Assembly (NCBI GenBank): GCA_964016885.1
Contig: OZ024743.1
Coordinates: forward strand, 92,194,001-92,258,000
Length of the DNA: 64,000 bases
Reading direction: 5' to 3'
Source: Eledone cirrhosa
Taxonomy: Eukaryota
The notes beneath the pieces are model-generated. The model made no database searches, was not told the origin of the DNA, and saw only the letters and a program-made list of their open reading frames with translations. Made by a program: the position numbers and the translations under genes. Positions 14,120-25,714 of the stretch are shown in pieces. Numbering within the stretch: the first letter of the stretch is position 1; each line of letters opens with the position of its first letter.

Positions 14120-14255
14120 TATTTAGGCTCTGGCCCTAGTGTGCGGCAGGTAATGGGGCTGCGTCCCGCGGACTATGGCCAGCGACACCCGCTGCAACAG
14201 CCATCCCACCTCGCGGGCTTCTTTCTCAAACGGGTCGCCGACGTTCCGGTCAGAC
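14120..14255 (-). mobile_element. CRE-like non-LTR retrotransposon extreme 3' coding fragment
   Basis: Reverse strand reads GDPFEKEAREVGWLLQRVSLAIVRG; one 1-nt indel restores GNAA, matching the recalled QR(L/I)S.A(I/V).RGNAA terminus. Confidence 0.65.
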
Positions 14256-14815
14256 TATATGCTTTGCGGCATAGTTACGCCCCTTTACGTTCTGAGTTCA
14301 AATCCCGCCGAGGTTAGCTTTGTCTTTCAGCTTTACGGTATCGATAAAATAAAGCACAGTAACGCACTGGGGTTAATTTAATCGACTTTCCTCTTCCCCC
14401 AAATTGTGGGCCTTAATCTAAAACTATTATTATTACCCCTCTTTAGGACGGTGGATTGGCTGTACCAGTAGAGCATCAAATATCATACTTTGTGGCATAT
14501 AGTTACGGCCCTTTATGATCTGAGTTCAAATTCCGCCGAGGTTAACGATGCTTTTCATCTTCACGGGGTCGATAAAATAAAGTACCAGTCACGCACTGGG
14601 GTCGATTTAATCGACTTTCCCCCTCCCCCCAAATTGCTAGCCTTGTGCATAAGACGCCATGCTTTTACGCATAGTTTCGGCCCTTGCCATTCTGAGTTCA
14701 AATCCCGCCGAGGTTAACTTTACATTTCATCCTTACGGGGTCGATAAAATAAAGTACCAGTAATGCACTGGAATATTTACTGGCCTTGTGCCAAACGTAG
14801 AAACAATTATTATTA
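14256..14815 (+). mobile_element. Three SINE family 1 copies directly upstream of the coding exon
   Basis: B-box and core at about 14295, 14522 and 14694. Confidence 0.85.
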
Positions 14816-14911
14816 CCATTCTTTATGTTTGTATTTTTCAGATTTTCAGGCACCAGATTCCAATGTAAATGAAAAATCATGGCCTAGAAAGAAGATAATT
14901 TAAATAGTACA

Positions 14912-16925
14912 ATGGAACTTTTTGAAAAACTTCAGACTGAATGGAACGAAAAGTTCCCAGGAGATGCTCTTCCTGATATGATTCCAAGAGATGAAAAGCT
15001 CTGTACTTCTGTGTTACTGGATGCCATCCACAAAATGGAAAAAGAAATGCATCATTTGGAGAAAAGAATTGAACAATTGAAATTGTTAAGGGAGTTCATG
15101 AAAGCATTTGTGGAAAAAATGTTAAAACACTCTCCAGAGCTAAATACAAATGATTCCGATGATAATATTAATTTTCTAAAAGATGAAATGAAGAAAATAG
15201 CTTGTGAAACTGTGTCTATTTCAACACATATTTTTAAAGACGATTCAAGCGTGGAGAGCAGCAAGCCTTCCGAGGTTTTATCTAGTTTTAAAGGTAATCC
15301 TAACAAACCTGTACAACGCGTTGATTATCACCTTACCACACGAACCTTACTTACACTTGAAAATGAAAACCAAGAATTAGATGAAAGCCCGTGTAAAGAC
15401 AGTGTTGTGTCTGATAAAAAGCCGGTCACATCACCAATTACCAAGAGTTTTTCTACATTTATCCCAAGGAAGAAGCATGATGATGACCTAGTAGAGGAGC
15501 AACAATCAGGCAAACGCCCAGTTAAATTGGCCAGGGATCGTGTTGGTTTAATTAGAAAGTCGCCATTGGTCAAGGAGTTAAATAATGATAATGTTACTAA
15601 AAATGTTAATTACTCGAAGTCTTTAATGGGCGAGAATAGATTCACATCAAGTTTTAAACCCATCAAAGGGCCTAAACCACCCAATCTTCCCCCGAAACCC
15701 AAAAAACGTACTATATTGTTGACCGCCTCTACAGCAAGAGTTGCACCGAAGAACGACGATAGCTGCAACAGTAGCACTAATAGTTGCAGTAACAGCAACT
15801 GCAACAGTAGCACTAGCAGCATTAATCAGAGTGATGGTTGTTCTAAACCCGAGAAAAATATTGATAACAATACTTCTGATGAATCGTCTGCTACTCTAAA
15901 CATTTTAGATTCACCGACAACACCACCAGGTGGTGGTGGTGTTTGTGACAGTGATACATCAAGTAAAAGATTAACTTATGTGACGAACAATCAGGTCAAT
16001 TCAGTAGGTCAACAGCAGCCGCTATCTACGGGACTAAATACAAAATCAAGACAAGCAAACACAGCTCGCAACAGTAGCTGTCAAGGTAAAAGAAGTAGTA
16101 GTAGTAGTAGTTTCACTAGCAACGAAGAAGAGATCATAGCAGCGGAATATCGATCCCCCGCATCTCGTGCTTCACTCAGCGGATCCGATCCAACTGAAGA
16201 CTTGTTGAAGCCTTTCGTTGATACAGACAAGTGCAAACCCCAATTTTCCGAGAACACACAGGAAAGTGAGGATTATTTCGAGAAAGTTCAGCCACAGGAA
16301 AGTCCGTGTAAAGAAGCGTGTGTTGGTGATTGTGATCAGACGTCGCCTTCATTGAACGAAGTAAAAGCCGAGTCGCCTGAGAAGAGCCAAGTTGTTGATG
16401 TAGAGGAGGGAGGAGAGTCTGGTGATCTTCAGATCGAAGTTGAATGTAATAAAAGAGAGGAAGATATCGAAGGAAGCGACCAGAACAGTAATAACTACCA
16501 GAATGGTGACGAAGAAAGCAATATAGTAAGTGAGAAGAGTAACATTAACAACAGCAACATGTTGGGTTCGAAGAAGCATAAAGAGATCCACATTGTCAGC
16601 TATCGGAAATTAGATGGGGATTTTATCGACACTCCGTTACACAGCACTTCGACTTTGGTAAATCCTGGGAGGCGATCACAAGTGGCTGAGGACATTATGA
16701 CACGGTCAACAGGAGCAATTGATGAATCGAAACCCCTATGGTCTTCCGACAGGGGGGGTTATGATCGCAAACGTATTTCTACACCTTTTGATTTCCGACA
16801 CCATAAATTGGAGGATAAATCGAAGAGTCATGAAAGTGATGTTTCTCTTACCGAGAAACCAGGCGAATTTAACTTTTTCAGTACCAAATTAGCGAATGGT
16901 AAACAGAACGACACTTCGCCGAAAG
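14912..16925 (+). CDS. BCR: First coding exon of a probable BCR/ABR-like Rho GEF/GAP gene (N-terminal oligomerisation coiled coil plus long disordered region)
   Basis: Long non-repetitive ORF with an in-frame TAG upstream (14885) and candidate acceptors TTTTTCAG (14841) and TTTTCAG (14849). There is a strong donor AAAG|GTGAGT after 16925 (phase 1), after which the ORF becomes T-rich intron-like sequence. The N-terminus WNEKFPGDALPDM plus heptad helix resembles human BCR WKAQFPDSEPPRM (recalled, not searched). The exon is well supported; gene identity is moderate. Confidence 0.65.
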
Positions 16926-17321
16926 GTGAGTTAATTTACATTTTTTTTGTTTTATTTATTATTCAACACACAGCTATTGCTGTTGACAATATTTTGAAGG
17001 TTTTCTTTTGCTTTTTTTTTCAAATTTTATTTGGCTTCTCCGAGAAAGCGCATAAAATGATCACCAAATGTCAACTGAAAGAATATATCGTATAAGAAAT
17101 GAAAATGATACAATAGATTTCTTAAATTATTTAATTGCCTTTCAAATGTTTCATTACAAGTTATATAACTAATACTTGTTATTATTACATCTCTTCTATA
17201 TTTCTATCTATGACATAAACACATTGAACTTCAAAATATTATTAATTTGCAATATTAATTATTTTATATAGAGAGAGAGAGGAGGGGGGCGGGTAGTTAA
17301 CATATATATATGTGTGATATA

Positions 17322-17365
17322 TGTCTGATGACCCTGTGATAAACAAGCGAAACTCCAGAGTAACA
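17322..17365 (+). ncRNA. Hammerhead-like motif with partly decayed stem II
   Basis: TGT-CTGATGA-CCCTGT..ACAAGC-GAAA-CTCCAGAG-TA-ACA. Confidence 0.6.
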
Positions 17366-17700
17366 AGACTCACTATCTAGCTTTAATAAAATGAATATAT
17401 TTATATATGATTTTATTTTACTTCAGAATATTAACAATGAGATTGTTAATATTTTTTTTTATTTTTCGTTTTAATCGTAGGAAATGAGAGAGAGAGAGAG
17501 AGAGCTAATAACGAATATTTTAATTATCTTAAATATCAGGTAAACTGAAGCTCACTGAAGAACATAGCTTCTTGTTAAATGTTAACAAAAAAGAAGATAT
17601 TATTAACTACCTCTTTTCCTAACATAATAAATTATCGATTACGCGCCTGTTTCTGTGTGTGGGTGTTGAAAACAGACATATATATGTACACACACACACA

Positions 17701-17793
<93 letters not shown>

Positions 17794-17861
17794 GATACAC
17801 GCACACGTACATATTCATATACAGACACGTACGTACACGCATACACATATGTTCACACATA

Positions 17862-17908
<47 letters not shown>

Positions 17909-19091
17909 TCAGTTACACATACGCATCCATACAGACATACACATATATAGATACTTACACTCCTACATGCATAGATACATACATACATTTCCACACACGC
18001 TCATACATATATTTACATGCATACATAGATACACTCAAATACATACATCAGGATGTGTGCACCAGTCATTATTGTTCATTATAGTCTCTGCATGTGTGTC
18101 TTATGTATGTGTCTATATCCATCTATGTATGTGTTTACATCTGTGTGTGTCTATCTTTGTCTATATATATGTGTGTGTGTGTGTGTATTTCGAGCTGACA
18201 TTTATGTTGCATTCAATACATATGTTGTGTATGTATATGAAGGTGCGCCTTGGGTGTCGATGTTTGTCTTATAAGGTGTCTATCCATTTATTTCAACCAC
18301 TCCCAACAAACCCACAGCCGGTAATTTTAACACCACCACACACTAAATGCTTTTTTTAACCCTAAACCGTCTGAAACAGGCTCTGTTTCTGGGGTATAAA
18401 ACTGTTTTTAAATGTTTATATTTATCTTAAAACCCATTGTAATTTAATGTAAGAACCTTTGTTATTTTTCAAACACCAACTTCTTGATTATTTTTTAAAT
18501 TAATTGAAAATTACAGGCAGTCTTTCATTAGAAATATGGTAAAGAAAAGACTAAGAAATATATATAGTCGCCTTTTGTACTGTATCTTCCAGCACTTATC
18601 TAATCAATGTTTTATTCATTGTAACTTGTTTACAGGGTTTATTATTGTTATTGTTATCAGGGTGATGATAATGATGATGATGATGATAATTATTAATATT
18701 AGTCCTTTATTCATATACGTATGTATGTTTCTGTAGTATGGCGTGATTTGAAGCTGACTTGGCTTGCTGCTATTTCTAGCACATCGAGCTACCACAGAGA
18801 GGCCCTCTAGTTGTCGCTATATTTTTGTACTGGTATATAGCGGCGTAAATTAATGTATATATTATATAAAGGAGACACACAGTTTTCTATGCTTGTAATA
18901 AACCACATGATAGTAGCTTAGGGTTTTATATGAAGAGGACAGGGCCAACCACATGATAGTAGCTTGGGGTTTTATATGAAGGGGACTAAATAAACCTGTT
19001 GATAGTGACTGATCTTTCTCTCATGGCACACAGGCGCTCTAGCATAATTGGATTAATTTACATATATGACACATCTCTCTTAATATAATGT

Positions 19092-19147
<56 letters not shown>

Positions 19148-19377
19148 ATGTGGGTAATATTAAAATTAAATGTTTTAAACACTCCTTGATTGTTATTTAT
19201 AATATATATATATATATAAGCAAAGAGATATTTAATTTGTTGGTTATTCAACAAATTTATTTATAACAGGTTTCTTCTGGAGTATAATATTAATGATATT
19301 AATACATGGAAACTAAATAAATATGGGTTTTATAAAGATAGTTTATATATATATATTTATATATATATATTTATATA

Positions 19378-19427
<50 letters not shown>

Positions 19428-19548
19428 CATACAATCGTTATATAAGGATACACAAGCACGTACACACATGTATATATATATATATGTAGATCCCAAATTA
19501 AATCGGGGGTAACCACAGTAAATAAGGTACTCAATAGATTAGTAGACC

Positions 19549-19595
19549 CTTCCTGATGATTCCATTTGAATGAAACAGTTCTAATCCTGTACAAG
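19549..19595 (+). ncRNA. Hammerhead-like motif
   Basis: CTTC-CTGATGA-TTC(CATTT)GAA-T-GAAA-CAG..CTG-TA-CAAG (GAAG in the sister copy near 45505). Confidence 0.6.
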
Positions 19596-19611
19596 CCATT
19601 TCTATATTAAA

Positions 19612-19917
19612 TAATTGTTTTTACGTTAGGCACAAGGCCAGCAATAACCCAGTGTATTACTGGTACTTTATTTTATCGACCCCGTAAGGATGAAAGGCAA
19701 AGTTAACCTTGGCGGGATTTGAACTCAGAATGGCAAGGGCCGTAACTCTATACGTCAAAGCATGGCGTCCGACCCTCTACCAATACTGCCAATCCAACGC
19801 CCTATTTTTATATTAAATAATTGTTTCTACTTTAGGCACAAGGCCAGCAATAACCCAGTGCATTGCTGGTACTTTATTTTATCGACCCCGTAAGGATGAA
19901 AGGCAACCTCGGCGGGA
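19612..19917 (-). mobile_element. Two SINE family 1 copies
   Basis: Reverse complement of the family consensus. Confidence 0.85.
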
Positions 19918-20034
19918 ATAATACACACACACACGCATATATATATACACACACATTACACATCCACATATTAAAAACCTTTTAAACCTTTTAAAGGTTT
20001 TTAAAATCCAACGTCAATAAATACGCCAGGATTT

Positions 20035-20095
20035 TTTCATTCTGATGATTGAAAGCAACATTTTTTGGCTTTTAAGAAACCACTGGTAAATGAAA
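20035..20095 (+). ncRNA. Type I hammerhead ribozyme motif
   Basis: TTTCATT-CTGATGA-TTGAAAGC/GCTTTTAA-GAAA-CC(ACT)GG-TA-AATGAAA: 7 bp stem I, 8 bp stem II, short stem III, GUA site at 20088. Confidence 0.8.
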
Positions 20096-20778
20096 TAATT
20101 GCCTTATGTTGTTTATTACATAACTATATATATAAACGAAACTTCCTTGTTTTTTCTATTATATATATATGATGATGATGAGATATTTATATAACAGAAA
20201 CAACAAAGAAGTTTCGTTTACATACGAAAATTATTTATTGCATGTTACAGGATGTACCTTGGTTACACACACACACACACACACATACACACGCATATAT
20301 ATTAACCTAATATATCCCTTCCATATACTGTACCGATTGTGTTGTTATTTCTGTTTACCTTTTACATATGTATATCATCATCATCATCGTTTAACGTCCA
20401 TCTTCCACGCTAGCATGGGTCTGGACGGGAATTGTTCCAATTGAGGCAAGATTGGTTGCCTTGCTCGAAACTATCTGGCGGGTTTTCTACGGCTGGATGC
20501 CCTTCCTAACACCAACCACGTTTACAGTGTGGACTGGGAGATTTTTACCGTGTTACCTACACGGCCACTTACAGCATGGACTGTGTTATTTTTTGTCGTG
20601 ACACCTACACGACCTCATTTATTTAGGACTGGATATTGTGGTATATATATATATATATAAATTGAAACAAAATGAAAACGAAATTTCATTTCTCACTCTT
20701 AGTATGGCACTTACTTTTCATTAATTTTCATAAGGAAAGTATAAACTTTCGAACGTTCAACTATCTGGCAGATGGGTA

Positions 20779-20823
20779 AACGGTGCTGATGATAGCTAAC
20801 AAGCTTGAAACTAGTACATCGTT
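20779..20823 (+). ncRNA. Minimal type I hammerhead ribozyme motif
   Basis: AACGGTG-CTGATGA-T-AGCT(AACA)AGCT-T-GAA-ACTAGT-A-CATCGTT: 7 bp stem I with one G-U, palindromic stem III. Confidence 0.75.
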
Positions 20824-21063
20824 CCTGTGTCAGTGTTGAACAAAAAGGTGACGTGGTTGCCTTAACACCGTATGGCATAAATTCAGGCTGTTCAGTTTGT
20901 TTACAAACGAACAAAGCGACGTTATAATAAGCGCCGCTAAACTGATACGTGCATATATGTATGTGTACCTGTATGCATATGTATATATATATGTATATAT
21001 ATATATATGTGCATGCTACTGTACGTCTGTATACATATATGTATGTACGTATACATGCATACT

Positions 21064-21097
<34 letters not shown>

Positions 21098-21127
21098 CTT
21101 CTTGCTACAATACTTTCTATACCTTTC

Positions 21128-21167
<40 letters not shown>

Positions 21168-21764
21168 GCACACACACACATATAGGCAACCAGTTTTAAG
21201 TTCATATTTTCACACTTATCTGGACTACATGAGTTTGCACATTTAAAAAATAATTCCATGTGATTTAAGTGCATGTCTTCTAACAGAAGCCTGGTAATCT
21301 TCTTAGAATCAATACAGCTATTCTGAGTTTTAAGTAATATAGTAATATATGTGTTTACATAACAGATACTTAATTCTGCAGACACCATGAAAATTCATGC
21401 TTTGCTCAAAGACATTACTACACATAGCTATTGCGCTAAAACTCAAGCTGATGACTCATTCAAGCCTGTCTTTGTTCATTACTAATATATTTACTAATCG
21501 TACTTGAACTTTTATTAGTATTCATTACTTAAACCTTTTCATATTAAATCGGCTGAAGCTGGACCTTGTTCTACAAATATTAAACTATTTATATCAAATT
21601 GTTTATATTTATGAAAAGCAAAACCATATAAAACATAATTTTATGTCAGAACCCTTGTGAAGTTATGTTCCAATGAGCAGCTTAATAATTAGAAAATTAA
21701 TTATATTACTAAATACCACCAAATTCTTCAATATTTTGAAAACAATTTGAAAATTATGTCTCGT

Positions 21765-22125
21765 GTCTCCAATGTCACCTGACTCTTGTCACCAATGTCA
21801 TGTCTCCAATGTCACCTGTCTCCAAAGTCTTCTTTCACCTGTCTCTAATGTCTTCTGTCACCAATGTTACCAATTTCTTCTCTCACCTGTCACGAATGTC
21901 TCCTGTCACCAATATCATCTGTCTCAAATGTCTCCTGTCACCAATGTCATCTGTCTCAAATGTCTCCTGTCACCAATGTCTCCTGTCACCAATGTCTCCT
22001 GTCACTAAAGTCTCCTGTCACTAAAGTCTCCTGTCACCAATGTCTCCTGTCACTAAAGTCTCATGTCTTCTCTCACCTGTCTCTAATGTCTCCTATCTCT
22101 AATGGCACCAGTGTCTCCTATCTCC
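21765..22125. repeat. Degenerate ~16 bp repeat (TGTCTCCTGTCACCAA)
   Basis: Direct reading. Confidence 0.85.
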
Positions 22126-22877
22126 AACATCTGTATGCTATGTTGGTGTTCTGTTGCTGTCTTAATATTGCTGCAGTTGTGGTTGTTGTTGGTGGTAGTG
22201 TTTGTGGTGTGTTGTTGATGTAGGTTGTTTTCTGTTGTTGTTGGCGTTGTGTTGATGTTATTGGTAGTAATGGTGTTTTTTTTTAAAACTGTTTATCTAT
22301 ATACTACTAAAACTCTGATTGTATGTGTGTCTGTAATTTGATACAGCCAAAACGGAGCATAATGGGAAAATACTTTGAAAGGAAGTTACCCCTGAAATGG
22401 GAATACAAATGGAATAAAACAAGTTTCGCATAAATCGGTGCACGTGTTCCCTGAGATACGGGGTATTTTCAAGTACCTTCATAAATAGAGAGAGAGAAAG
22501 ATAGAGAGACAGAGTTAGTGGTTGTGTCTGTGACCAGTGTATATAGTTCAGACACCCACACATTCACACACATATATATATATATATATGGTCTTCCAAT
22601 TTCATTTTACATTATATACATGTCTATTGTAATTATTCAAAAATTATTTTTAAGTGAATGTGATGGTCACAGGTGGTCTAGTATTTATCTAAAAACCTTC
22701 CATCATAATTTTGTGTAAGAATATTTGTTAAGACATGCTCCAAACAGCAGTTTGATAAATTATAAAGTTGGTTATATTACTAAAGTCTGATTATTTTCAA
22801 AATGATTTGAAAACTATAGGTAGTGTCATTCATTAGAAATATGGTAATGAAAGTTATGAAAATCTTCATAAACCTAG

Positions 22878-23275
22878 TTCCTTCCTCTTCTTTACCCACT
22901 AATTCTTGAGAGGGCCATGGGGGCAGAGACCACACACTCCATCCTGCGGGTCCTGTCAGAAGCAACCATCTCCAATTGATCTGGCTGGATACCCAAGTGA
23001 GACCAGCCAACTTCATGGATGTTATCAAACCATCTTGCTTAAGGTCTACCCTTGGGTCAGCAATTCTTTCCTGAGACATTCTACCCACATGCCCATAATA
23101 TCGGAGCTGTGATCTCTCAATTCGTTGAAGTAACGGCTCTACTTGGAGTGACTCTTTGATCTCTCGACGCACTCTAGCCAATAACATTACTCCAAGTACC
23201 CTTCAAAGGAACCCCATTTTGGCCGCTTGTATTCATGATCGTATGCTTTCGGTCATTACCCAAGATTCATGACTA
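22878..23275 (-). mobile_element. RTE LINE 3' fragment
   Basis: ESLQVEPLLQRIERSQLRYYGHVGRM; ESWVMTESIRS.IQAA upstream. Confidence 0.8.
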
Positions 23276-23409
23276 TACAAAAAACAGAGAGAAACATGTG
23301 AAATGTGGTTTGTGTCAAGGTGGCCAGAATCACTGAATATGTGAGATTGAGCGTGACAATTCACCTTACACCAGCATGGAGACTGAACATAAAAAGATGA
23401 TGATCATGA

Positions 23410-23443
<34 letters not shown>

Positions 23444-23739
23444 CATATAAATGTATGTATGTATGTATGTAGAGTGGTCAGGTAGGTGTCATGACAAAAA
23501 TCATCCAGCCCACATTGTAAAGTGGTCATGTAGGAGTCATGATGATAGCACCCAGCCCACACTGTAAATGTGGTTGGCATTAGGAAGGGCATCCAGCCAT
23601 AGAAACCTACCCAGAAACAAGAAACAGCTCTATATGAGTAAGACATGGTCACCTGACCCAACTTGCCTCGAATGAGACAACTTGTGTATCCATACTAGTA
23701 TGGACGTTAAACGATGATGAGGATGATGATATATGTATA

Positions 23740-23920
23740 TAATTGTTTCTACTTTTGGCACAAGGCCAGCAATTATCCCAGGGTATTACTGGTACTTTAT
23801 TTATCGACCCCGTAAGGATGAAAGGCAAAGTTAACCTCGGCGGGATTTGAACTCAGATCATAAAGGGCCGTAACACTTTGCTGCAAAGCATGGCGTCCGA
23901 CTCTCTACCGATACTGCCTA
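23740..23920 (-). mobile_element. SINE family 1
   Basis: Reverse complement of the family consensus. Confidence 0.85.
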
Positions 23921-24147
23921 GGAATGAGGTGTCAGATATCAGCATTAAATGTGACACGTGTTTCACGATTGATCGGCTCAAGGTGCGATCTGTATCAATT
24001 GGGACTGACTCTGGAGTCAATAGTTCATCAGATTTCTCCTTTGCTGATTGATTCCAGAGTTGGGCCTGATTGATATGGATCTCACCTTGAGCTGCTGAAT
24101 TGCGAAATGAGCATCACACTAAATAATGATACTCTGACACCTCGTTC
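23921..24147. mobile_element. Fold-back MITE-like element
   Basis: GAATGAGGTGTCAGA ... TCTGACACCTCGTTC with imperfect pairing along ~100 bp arms. Confidence 0.7.
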
Positions 24148-24179
24148 TTCTTCTTATTATTTTTTTATTAGTATTATTA

Positions 24180-24361
24180 TGGTAAAGTATCAGACATCAT
24201 GCTTTGTGGCATAGAGTTATGTTCCTTTACGTTCTGAGTTCAAATTCCACTGAGGTTAGCTTTGCCTTTCTTACTTACAGGGTCAATAACATAAAGAACC
24301 AGTCACACACTGGGGCCAATTTAATCGACAAAATTGCTGTCCTTGTGCCTATATAAGAAAC

Positions 24362-24398
<37 letters not shown>
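24180..24398 (+). mobile_element. SINE family 1, diverged
   Basis: B-box, core and (TTA)n tail. Confidence 0.75.
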
Positions 24399-24679
24399 TA
24401 CACTCTGTTTAATAGACCCACCTATGTACCGAGTGCTCAAGGTGGTGAACCAATAGTAATGTAAAGCTACAATCCATTAAACTATATTTATAAATATATA
24501 TATTTATAAATATATCATCATCATCAACGTTTAACGTCCGTGTTCCATGCACGTTAAACGTTGATGATGATGATGATGATATATTTATAAATATATATAT
24601 TTATAAATATAGTTTAATGGATTGTAGCTTTACATTACTATTGGTTCACCACCTTGAGCACTCGGTACATAGGTGGGTC

Positions 24680-24717
<38 letters not shown>

Positions 24718-25619
24718 TATCTGTCTATCTCTCTCTCCCTCTCTCTCTATATATATATATATGTGTATATATACACACACACACAAATACTGAATTACAT
24801 AGATTTATCCAATACATGTACTTAAACATATTTTAGAAACATGACTCTAAACGTAGTTCAATAACTCCCCCTCTTTAATATTTACCTGTTATAACACACC
24901 TTATAAAGGGTTTAAACTCTATTAACCTATTTACCCCTGACAATATCTTACATCATACACAAACACACACCTGTGTCACACAATCCCATTTCCGCAGGTG
25001 GGCCAGCTTTTAACAAAACTTACTGCCATATTGCACTTCAACATTGCATTTACATTCTTTTTCTGTCTCTCTTCCTTGTAATGTTTATTTTTAGGTTTTT
25101 GATTGAACAATATATATATATATATATATATAGAACAATATAGACATATATATAAATATATATGTATATATATACAATGATATTAAATAAATGGAAACTG
25201 TATTTATAAAACCATATATGAAAATCATACCTTATCGGTTAGAAATTTACTCCAGTAAACTGTTGAGTGCTCTAAATCAGTTATAAACATTTATATTTGT
25301 TGGACTTCCAACAAATTAAATACCCCTTCTACTTATGTATATATATATATATATATAGAACAATATATATATCATCATCATCATCTTCGTTTAACGTCCA
25401 TTTTCCACGCTAGCATGGGTTAGACAGTATATATATATATATATATATATATAGAACAATATATATATATCATCATCATCATCTTCGTTTAACGTCCATT
25501 TTCCACGCTAGCATGGGTTAGACGGTATATATATATATATATATATATATAGAACAATATATATATCATCATCATCATCTTCGTTTAACGTCCATTTTCC
25601 ACGCTAGCATGGGTTAGAC

Positions 25620-25655
<36 letters not shown>

Positions 25656-25679
25656 TATATGATATATATATATATATAG

Positions 25680-25713
<34 letters not shown>

Positions 25714-25714
<1 letters not shown>

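Noticed and set aside
16926-17095. Hydrophobic C-terminal 56 aa of the 727 aa ORF as a membrane anchor
   Set aside because: Lies after a consensus GTGAGT donor and is T-rich intron read-through.
17545-17590. CTGAAGA-ACA..TGT-TAAA hammerhead-like motif
   Set aside because: Lacks GAAA and a clear stem I; too degraded to support.
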